NCBI GenBank assembly: GCA_963823665.1
Contig: CAWGMQ010000010.1
Coordinates: 1,664,001-1,728,000, forward strand
Direction: 5' to 3'
Origin: an uncultured Planctomycetota bacterium
GTDB lineage: Bacteria; Planctomycetota; Planctomycetia; Isosphaerales; Isosphaeraceae
Length of the DNA: 64,000 nucleotides
Shown here one piece after another: positions 55,391-64,000 of the stretch (position 1 is the first letter of the stretch; each line of letters opens with the position of its first letter). The notes below the pieces were generated by a model. That model had not been told where the DNA came from and searched no databases. It worked only from the letters and a program-made list of their open reading frames with translations. The position numbers and the translations under genes were made by a program.

Positions 55391-56691
55391 CAGCCCAACG
55401 GCAACGCCTTGGTTTTCGATGCGCCGCCGACCGTTTCCGATGCCAAGCCTGGTGGCTCGCCGAGACACCTCGGAGGGGGTCCAAAACATAGTGAACAAAC
55501 TAAGAGATTCAGGGTGGCGGTTTCGACCTGACTAGCGCCACGAGGTGTTTTTGATCGCCAGGCCGCATCGGGATCATACCCTATCATGTTATCTCCATTT
55601 GATTTATGGAGCAACTGCGCCCCTGTCTGACGACCACATGTAAGTGGCGGATTGTGGCGCATTGTGGCGCGTTTACGAGGGGTCTCCAGCATTTGTACAT
55701 TAGTGTAAATCGCCCGCTTTCAGAAGCTGCCAGTGGCCGGCAGCCGTCCGCTATTGAATACTGCTCGGTGATGCTTCCCCGGGCTGGCGTGTAAGGCCGC
55801 AACAGTACAGCCGACGGCAACGCCCTGGGGCCTGCCTTCGCACGCTTCAAATAAGTAGAAGTGGATGAGACAAAATGAGACGAAATGGGACGATTTAGCC
55901 CAAAAAAGTCTCACATTGCTCGCTGTGTTGAACCCCCTCCGATGGCTATCCGGAACGCTTTGAAGCCGTACGGAAAGACTGAGAGCCAAAGAGGATAGCC
56001 CCACAAGTCCCGCTTCATGATCCCTCGCCCCAACGGCGGAAAACTCACCCTCACCGCGGTCCAAACCCGTCCCACTGCCGGCAAAGCTCAAAATTCGGTG
56101 GCATTTCGTCGCGCACCGATCCCCCTTTTGGAGCACAGTCCGGCCCCGTATTTCCCACAACATGGCCCTGGCCAGGCCGAGCTGAATTCTTCGAGCACGC
56201 GCCCGAGCAAACGAAGCAGTCATTCCCGGTCCCAGAGAGATGTGTGGTGCCTCGCGCCGACTCCAGTGTCGGCGATCGAGATCGCGCTAAGTATATTATG
56301 CGACGGGTTTCCCGGATTTGGCCATTTCGTCGACCAGAAAACCCGGAATTTTTTTCGCGTCGCAACGGATGCAACGATCAACGCGATTGCAACCCCCGAA
56401 TTGAGAGTGATCTGGTTAAGAACTCTGCAAGAACGCCCGACGCGATTCCCGCATCGAGGTTGTCCGTTCGGTCGATGCGCGTCCTCGTCCTCAATGCAGG
56501 TCATCTGATCCCCGACAGCCAGCCATTCGGCTTGAGTGACGCGCGCGAGGTCGACAGACGCAGAAGAGCTTCCGAACAGTGTCAGAACGCAAGGTTACGC
56601 CGCGCATGTTTACGAACGGCGCGCTCGCCACCGTCCTTTTGGAGAAAATCGCATTCGATTCTGAACGATGCACCCCGATTACCTCATCACA

Positions 56692-59600
56692 TCATTGCTG
56701 CAGAAGCTTCCGACGTGATTCGAGGCGGGTCATCGCTTCATCCGCGCCACTGACCGGGCAATACGTCTCAATGGCAAGCCGAATGTCCTTCTCCATTTCA
56801 TCGACGCCTTCGGCACCGGAGAGTCCTAGAGCGACCTCGTAAGCCGCGAGGGCATCGCTTGTCCTGCCGCTAACTAGCAACGCAATCGCGAGATTGGCGT
56901 GAGGTGTCCAATCCTCTGGATTGAGCGAGATTGCCTGTTGCTCGTCCTCGATCGCTTCATTCTTGCGACCGGCGAGGAAACGCAACCAGCCCCGGCTGCA
57001 CAGGGCCGCGGCGCGCTCCTTCGCGTTTGTACCCTGCATCTCGATCACGGTTGTGTAATCGCCTATCGCCTTGGCCGGCTCCCCCCGTCTAGTGTGAATC
57101 GCGCCGCGGTGGTTAAGTGCTTGAGAACCTAAGTTCATCGGGAATCTCCGTCATTCCAATAATTGCTGTGTAGTCGGCCATGGCGTCGTCCAGCCTCTGA
57201 AGCTGAGCGCTGGCCGCCCCTCTGAAATAAAGTGCCTGCGATTTCGGCTGCCCGGAAATCTCGGTGGTCTCGATCACCGTTGTGAAGTCGGTTATCGCGT
57301 TTTCGAGCTGGCCGAGTTTGGAGTAGATCAAACCACGGCGGCCAAGGTTTTGAGCTCTTCCCTCAGGGGAAGCAGCACTCAACCCGAGCAGCAACGTGAA
57401 GTCGGCGATTGCCTTCTGAAGTTCGCCGACTTGTTCATAGATCGACCCTCGCATAGAGAGGGCGTCGGCTTTCAGTTCCGCGAGGTCCGCGGGCATTTGA
57501 ATCACGGCTGACATGTCGGCGATCGCCTTGGCTGATTCGTTCTTATCACGATGTGCCAAGCCACGGTAGAAGCAAGCGTTGGCTAGCACATCGGACGAAA
57601 CCCCCGGCAGTTCGATCACGACGGTACAGTCCGCGATTGCAGAGTCGTGCTCCGCTTGTCGACTGTGGCTGATGCAGCGCAAGAGCAGAGCCCTCGCTCT
57701 GGCATCGGCGCGAGCGTCAGGCATTCCGACGACAGCCGAATAGTCCGCGATGGCGCTCCCGAAGTCGCGTTGCTCGGCGAACGCGACGCCGCGATTCATC
57801 AGCGCTTCGGCGCGCTCCTCAACGGGGACGTCCTTCATGTCGATGACATCCGTGAAGTCGCACATCGCACGGTGCAATTCGCCGCGTTTCTCGTGCGCCA
57901 GACCTCGGAAGATCTGAGCCCTCGCGCGCTGGTCCACCGGAATGTTAGATGCGTGGATGGCGGCGGTAAGGTCGTCGATCGCCTTCTCGAACTGACCCGC
58001 TTCCCAATACGATAATCCACGATACACAACGGCGAACGATTTCTGGTCGGCTGGAGCGTTCGACATCTCAAGCACGGCGCCGTAATCGGTGATTGCCTCC
58101 TTGGGTTGCTTCAGGAGATCGAGTTGTAGGCCTCGGCCAATCAGAGCGGAGGCTCTCTCCAGGGGCGACGGGTCAAAATCCTGAATAACCGCCGCAAAGT
58201 CGGCGATCGCTTGTTGCGACTCGCCCATTTCGCCGTATGCGAAGCCGCGACAGAGGTGCGCCTTGCATTTCTGATCGGCCGTTGCGCCTGGCAGGTCGAT
58301 CACTGCCGTGAAATCGACTGTCGCCAGTTTGGGTTGAGCGGTCTGTTTAAGCGCCGCCGCACGGCCAAGCAAAGCTTTGATCAGCCAATCCTCGCGCCGC
58401 GCAGGCTCGTCTGCCGTCCGGATGACAACATTGTGGAACGGACTAGCGTCGGCTATGCCGCCCTGCTGGCCAAATGCGAAGGATGGTACGACTAGAAGCC
58501 GAGTTTGCCGCTCGGTCAATGTTCCGAGCACTTGGATGCAGGAGGCGTAGTCCGCAATCGCTTTTTCCGGTTCGCTGATCTGGAGGTGCATTGTGCCACG
58601 TTCGGACCGCGCCAGGGCCTTCCTGTCGGCGGGCGCGTCTGGCATCTCGATTACAGCTGCGTAGTCCGCGAACGCTTTCTCGGGCCTTCCGAGTTGACGA
58701 AATGCCGCGCCGCGATTGACCAACGCTCCAGCCTTCTGTGCGGGAGAGGCCGCGATTTGCATCACGGAGTCATAATCGGCAATGGCCTTTTCTGGTTCGC
58801 CTTTGTGACCGTGTCTCAATCCGCGGTTGAAGTGTGCGCCGGATTTCTGTTCAGGCGATGCTTCCTCCGATTGAAGGATCTGTTCGCAAAGGCTCATCGC
58901 GGCATCGAAACGCAGGTCGGCGAGCCCAGCGTCCGCGGTTCTCATCGCCCATTTGGTTAAAACATTCGCCCAGCTTATGAACACCGCGATACGAGTCGAC
59001 GGGTCTCCGTCGTAAAGCACCCGGCATACCCGATCCCAGAGGACAAAGTCCGAGTCTCCGGTGAGGGTCTCGAGGTCGGTGGTCGAGAGAAGATGTGCAA
59101 GAAACGGCGCCGCTCCGGGACTCCAGGTGGACCGGAGTAGTTTGGTTAACGCACCGGAGAACTCGGAGGGCGATCGAGGTTGCTTGAAAGCCGTCGCAAG
59201 AAGATTGTCGTCGAACGAATCGCCGGCTGATCGCAGGACCTCTCGTGTCAGCTTTTCATATTCCTCGGCTAAGTACTCATCCGTGTAGCCGCGCGTGAAG
59301 ATCGTTTCTTTCAATGCCAACTGCGGGTGGTATGACAGTTTAACACTAACGTCGCCCAGACCTTGCTCAACCTGCTTGAGCCGCTCTCGCTTCCCCTCGA
59401 TCTCCCCGGCGGGGACGAGACTCGCCACGATCATGCATGGCTTTGATCCCGGCGCAGGGCCGGTTTCTTCATAGACCCCGACCTCAATAAGGAACTTACG
59501 AGTTCCGGCCACGTTCTGGTCATTCATCGCTGTGAGGACGACGAGCTGGTCGGAGAGCGGCCCGATGCAGAGACCCCCGATCTCCGTGATGCCGGTGCGG

Positions 59601-60148
59601 CTGTCGATCAGAACATAGTCGTAAGAAGCAGATCGCGGATAGTCCGGCCCGTAGTAGTCGGGAACTTCGATCGGAAACCGGAGGCTTTGAAGCCACGCTC
59701 TTAGCACACTTCCCGTCTTTACCAGCGCTTGCTGATCGCAGTCCCTGATGGCGAGTTCAGAAAGTCTGTCGTAGTACGCTCGCTCCTCGTCCGCCGGAAT
59801 GATGTCGAGACGACCGAACTCGCCGAAGAGCGATGCAATCCGATCTGGATCGTTCTTCGCGATAGGGACAATGTATTCAGCGGCAGGGCGATATGATGCA
59901 GGGACTAGCGGTAGAGAGACCGTCCGGGCCCAGCTCACCAAGTCGAGAATGTCGCACGGAGCGTAACGTGGAATCTCCTTGTCTCGGTGAAGAAATCCGC
60001 TAAGGCCTGGCGCCTCCAGGTCCATATCCAGGATAAGGACGTGCCGGCCTTTAGCCGCAAGGGCGAACGCCGAGTTCACGAGTGCCATGCTTCGGCCGAC
60101 CCCGCCCTTGAAGCTGTAGAACGCAAGGATGGTAGGCGTGTCTTTCAT
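56692..60148 (-). CDS. KGGVGR-motif ParA/MinD-like ATPase fused to a long TPR array (~1150 aa); frameshift ~57128
   Basis: FYSFKGGVGRSMAL.N, LILDMDLEAPGL, YDYVLIDSRTGITE.GG; many A..DFTAVI.MPDA.ADQKA.AL..RG repeats continuing in ORF 56692..57138. Confidence 0.88.
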
Positions 60149-60962
60149 CCCGCGATTGACTGCCGAACGTCGATGGCCTTGAGCCTGGCAATGCCACGCA
60201 ATTTCGTTCCCACAGGCGTGCCAGTCGATTCCACCGGCGGACGAGAATTCCCGGACGGGATCGACCGCAGCACGTCGCTCAAGTTCTTTATCTCGCCGAG
60301 GTACGCATCCCAGGGCACGGCCGGAAACTCGTTCTTCGTGAACGCGTCGAACGTGAGCCTGATCCGCTCAGGATCTTGGGCCAGAGAGTAACGCAAGTGA
60401 GCCTGCCAGCGCAACTGCCGATTCCTGGCGGCACAGAGCATGAAATCCGCCATTCGTTTCAGAGACGCCCTGTCGCAGCCCTGTTGGTACATGCTGTTAA
60501 AGCGTTCCTTCAGGCAGACGGCCCACTCGCCCAGGAGTGCCTCAAGTGCCGCGTCAGAAGCGGTTGTGGCGCGAATTGACTCGTTACCCCGTTCGAGACC
60601 ACGCCAAAGCAACGGTTCGTCACGAAACACTTCGGGCCAGGCAGCTCGACCTGTTGTGTCGAGGAACGTTCGAGCCGCGAAAACCACCATCGGATATCGT
60701 CCAGACTGTGCGCCGAATCGCACACGCACGATCGCGGAAAAGGAAGCGGCTCTCGGAATTTTGTCCATCGCCCTGCCTCGGCGAGCTCTGTTGCCTGTCC
60801 CTCATCGTACCAGGAGAGCTTTGCCGCATCTTCTACAGGACCGAGCACGCAGTGCATTCCGTCCGATTGGCGCCGCGCGATCGGCAATGCGCGACCGCAC
60901 TCCACGACCGGCGATCCATTAAAGCCGACAATTTCCAAATCATGATCTCGCGCCAGCATCAT
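60145..60962 (-). CDS. Hypothetical protein (~270 aa; probable frameshift ~60630-60770)
   Basis: ATG 60962 overlaps the upstream TGA and TGA 60145 overlaps the downstream ATG; ORFs 60510..60986 and 60145..60768 likely belong to one gene. Confidence 0.55.
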
Positions 60963-61789
60963 CGGAGACATTGCTCCTGTGCCCATTGCTCGATTCGTTC
61001 GCAGAACATCGGCGTCCCCGCCGGTTCGAGCGCGCCAGGTCCGGAAAAGAATCGTTCGAGGGGGGTCGGCGGATCGCCTGGCGGGGACACTCCGTCCTCG
61101 TCCAGTCGCCGCCGTAGGGACTCCATCGTGGGCTCATCGGCACACCAAGCCGCGCGATCTTCAATCGGTTGACCCTCGTGAAATCGTACCTCGAATGTCC
61201 AGGCCCGCCAATCGCTGTTCAGTTCGTATAGCCCTTCGGGATCGAACGGTTGCGGTTTGCCCGACCAGTAGTCGACTGAGGATAGGAAGTGCGCTGCGAG
61301 CACTCGGGCGAACACATCGCGCCAGCGATCCAAAGGGATTTCAGACGATCGGAAATACTCTGTTCGTTCCGCGTCGCCATCCGTGGGCGAAAGGCGCAGT
61401 TTCACAACACGCTTCGGATGGACGAGCCCACCGGTGTCAAAGGGCGTCGCGGAACCGGTATGACCGGCCTCGCACGGTGGCAGGAAAGCGAGTGCAACGG
61501 AGCCAAATTTAGGGTGTGCTCGTCCCGCATAGAAGTACACGCAGCTTAAAAGCCCGAGTAATTGTTCCGCGCGCCTCGTGCCGCGCGAACTGCTCCCATC
61601 ATCATCGGACGCGAGGATTTCGTGTGGCGCGTTCTGCACCATTGTCTAGAACGGGCTCTTACTTCCGGTCACATGAACCAGGGCGATGCGCTTCGACACA
61701 TCGTGGCAACTGGGCAACCTCCGTTTGTAGCCGCCACTGTCAAACGGTGGGCTTGAAGCGCGTTCGTCGAGATCCGTGAACACAGGCAT
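60959..61789 (-). CDS. Hypothetical protein, candidate ADP-ribosyltransferase-like fold; in-frame TAG at 61648-61646
   Basis: Upstream in-frame ATG 61789 gives ...IALVHVTGSKSPF*TMVQN..., then VYFYAGRAHP, TPFDTGG and WTFEVR. Confidence 0.55.
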
Positions 61790-62070
61790 CGGCAATGATG
61801 ATCCGTTTGGTTAGTCGAGTGAAGGCTGGATACGATTCAGGAAAGTGGTAACGTTCTATACATAAATGATATCGGCCGTCACAGAGAAACGATAGAACGG
61901 AACATGGCGACGCAGAGGTGTTGCCGACCGGCCACCAAGGCACGCCATATTCGGCCCGGCCGTCACGTCGCGCACCGACTTGCGGGGCGCTGCTGACTTC
62001 GAGAGAATAAGAACCGTGGCAGCGGCCCAGCATATCGGCGGAGGCCATCCACAAAACCGGCGGAGTGGCT

Positions 62071-62742
62071 ATGAAAGCGGATCCTGATCACGCTCCCAAG
62101 CGATTCGTACTGCGGTTGAGCGTCCGCATGTTCATGACGCTCATCCTCCTTCTCGGCGCCTGGCTCGGGTGGGTCGCCCGTCAAGCCGATCGCCAGCGGC
62201 ACGCCGTCGCGGCGATCGAGAGGGCCGGAGGCCGCGTCTATTACGATTGGCAATACGCCGGCGGCACGACTAGCGGCGCCGAGCTTCCCCTTGACGGGCC
62301 CTGGGTGCCGCGCTCGCTCGTGAACCTGCTCGGCCCTGACTATTTCGGGACGGTGATATCCGTGCAATTTGAGGGATGCGGTACGGACGAGGTCCTGGCT
62401 AAAGTCGCGCAGCTCAACGGGCTCGAACAACTGACACTCTGCATGTCCCAGGTCAGCGACGATGGAATGCGCCGGATCGCGGGCCTGCCCCGCTTGCAAC
62501 GGCTGAATCTCCAGGACACCGCCGTGGGCGACGCCGGGCTGAAGCACTTGGAATCGCTGCCGCGATTGCGCATGCTGACGCTGCCAAACAATGTCACCGA
62601 CGCGGGTCTGGTTCGCCTTGCGGGCATGCGAGGCCTGCGCACGGTCTTCATCCATCGCGAGCAGAGCTGCCAGTTCCTGACGGAAGAGAGCCTGCAAAGG
62701 CTCCGCTCCAGGCGGCCTGACCTGGCGATCGACCCACCTTGA
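62071..62742 (+). CDS. Membrane-anchored leucine-rich-repeat protein (planctomycete type)
   Basis: RLSVRMFMTLILLLGAWLGW..RQ..AVAAIE..GG.V.YDW; L..L..L.L..T.V.DAGL..L repeats. Confidence 0.85.
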   Translation: MKADPDHAPKRFVLRLSVRMFMTLILLLGAWLGWVARQADRQRHAVAAIERAGGRVYYDWQYAGGTTSGAELPLDGPWVPRSLVNLLGPDYFGTVISVQFEGCGTDEVLAKVAQLNGLEQLTLCMSQVSDDGMRRIAGLPRLQRLNLQDTAVGDAGLKHLESLPRLRMLTLPNNVTDAGLVRLAGMRGLRTVFIHREQSCQFLTEESLQRLRSRRPDLAIDPP

Positions 62743-62788
62743 GGCCCACACGAGGGCCAGACCCGAGAGGACCAGCGGAGTCTTACCC

Positions 62789-62992
62789 ATGCCCCAGGAC
62801 AAGGAAAAACCAGACGATCGGCTCGGTGAGCTCGCGAAGTCTTCTGATCAAGAGCCCGGATACTCGAATCCACCGTCGCCGAAGACCGCAGAGGAGCGGT
62901 TCGAGGAACAAGTCCAAAGACTGCTCCGCTCCGTTGATCCGTCGCATGTTGACGATACCTGGGAGGGATGCGGCGGAAACCCCGCCCGTTGA
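62789..62992 (+). CDS. Small hypothetical protein (67 aa)
   Basis: ggag RBS upstream, ATG start, protein-like composition; no family recognised. Confidence 0.35.
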   Translation: MPQDKEKPDDRLGELAKSSDQEPGYSNPPSPKTAEERFEEQVQRLLRSVDPSHVDDTWEGCGGNPAR

Positions 62993-63097
62993 ACCTCCGC
63001 GCCCGAGCGACCGATGTCTCGGGCCAGCCGAAGAAGCGCCTTGAGCTCCGGAGTGCTCGGACGACACACGCAAGCTGCTCGATCAACTGGCAACCAT

Positions 63098-64000
63098 TCA
63101 CACCAGCGGGTGCTTGAGTCGACCTTCATGCACCGCCGCGATCGCCTCCTCGATTGTGAGTGCGCCTTTTGCCGTCTCGTCGAGACTGGTCCATAGCTCG
63201 TCGCATCTCCGGCGCTCCTCCTCACCGATCGCGGGCGATACACGTGAAGGAACCTGCATACCTAGAAGCAAGGTAAGGTAACCGGCGAACCCGAAGATAC
63301 TCCAGGGGGGGAGAGTCACTTGACCTCGCTCGGCAGGGTCCGGGATCATCGATGCAAGCGCTGGACCGAGTTGCTCATATGTATCGACGAAACCCTGAAG
63401 CGAGCCCAGCGGGATTGACGAGTGACACCACCTCCAGAACTCCGACTCACGCGCTCGATTGAATTTGTAGTGGATCGCGATGAAGTCACGAATGTCATCC
63501 CATCGCTGCGCTGCTTGCGTGTTGTACGCGGCGATCCGTCCCGCGTCGGGACAGAGCATACTCAGGTCGAGGTCTCGAATCAGCCACCTGACTTGACTTG
63601 CGATCATGTGCAGCCCCGTCGACTCAAGCGGCTCCACGAACCCGGAAGAATTGCCGATGGCGATCACATTCTTGAGCCAGCAAGTCTCATAGCGGCCCGA
63701 AGGGAAACGGATCGTCCTGACATTGGACGGCGACCCCTGTGTTTCACGCAGATATTCTGCACGCGCCTCATCCTCACTGATATGGTTCGAGCTGAACACA
63801 TAAGCTTGATTAATCTTCTCGACGTGTTCGATTCTCCACATCCAGCCGCATTCCATCGTCGTGCACGTCGTGCAGGGACGGACCGGTTCAGGGCGCGCCC
63901 ATTCGCCGACGATAGCCCTGTCGCACGCAAGTACATCGGCGTAGGAAATGAACTTCACACCAAGTTGCTTGAGAAACAGCGACGAAAACCCGGTGCAATC
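63098..64000 (-). CDS. Tryptophan-halogenase-family flavin-dependent halogenase, 5'-partial
   Basis: DCTGF at the window edge, GWMWRI (WxWxI), IGNSSGFVEPLESTGLHMI, IRDFIAIHYKFN. Confidence 0.88.
   Translation of the reverse strand, partial: DCTGFSSLFLKQLGVKFISYADVLACDRAIVGEWARPEPVRPCTTCTTMECGWMWRIEHVEKINQAYVFSSNHISEDEARAEYLRETQGSPSNVRTIRFPSGRYETCWLKNVIAIGNSSGFVEPLESTGLHMIASQVRWLIRDLDLSMLCPDAGRIAAYNTQAAQRWDDIRDFIAIHYKFNRARESEFWRWCHSSIPLGSLQGFVDTYEQLGPALASMIPDPAERGQVTLPPWSIFGFAGYLTLLLGMQVPSRVSPAIGEEERRRCDELWTSLDETAKGALTIEEAIAAVHEGRLKHPLV

Noticed and set aside
54946..55692. N-terminal extension of the 573-aa ORF (likewise extensions of ORFs 14459..16927, 27302..28747, 31086..35954)
   Set aside because: Extensions run through repeats or promoters; signal peptides and family motifs begin at downstream starts
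57113..60148. Plasmid/chromosome partition ParA
   Set aside because: No parB partner; KGGVGRS variant fused to a long TPR array
1..64000. tRNA / rRNA genes
   Set aside because: No cloverleaf or rRNA-conserved sequence recognised by eye

Overview
GC-rich DNA typical of Planctomycetota (Isosphaeraceae-like, inferred from LE-x-LE-x-R-x-L-L-S export motifs, ECF-kinase pairs and a TIGR03009-type gene). Many genes carry single-base frameshifts, probably partly assembly errors. (1) 0.4-25.4 kb is a duplicated, heavily shuffled signalling island bracketed by two MBOAT copies. It holds one intact ECF sigma coupled to a large kinase-nSTAND-TPR-FGE protein, and a second kinase whose ECF is reduced to an in-frame 37-codon stub. 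A conserved ~45-bp promoter-like motif sits four times upstream of different exported products: an Ig/lectin-like protein, a beta-propeller repeat protein, a double-glycine leader peptide and a calpain. The FGE C-terminus looks like a DGR variable region and carries an in-frame 125-bp palindrome. (2) 25.4-27.5 kb has a RAYT remnant, REPs and a 67/68-bp three-unit array. (3) 27.5-55 kb has an epimerase, a hydrolase, a Wzz-like gene, a large TPR gene, a ~3800-aa sedolisin/beta-helix protein and a TIGR03009-nfeD-floA-thioredoxin cluster. (4) 56.7-61.8 kb is a translationally coupled three-gene operon (ART-fold candidate, unknown protein, KGGVGR ParA-like ATPase-TPR), a candidate undescribed conflict/defence system. 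An LRR gene and a partial flavin-dependent halogenase follow. No rRNA, tRNA, cas or reverse transcriptase genes were seen.
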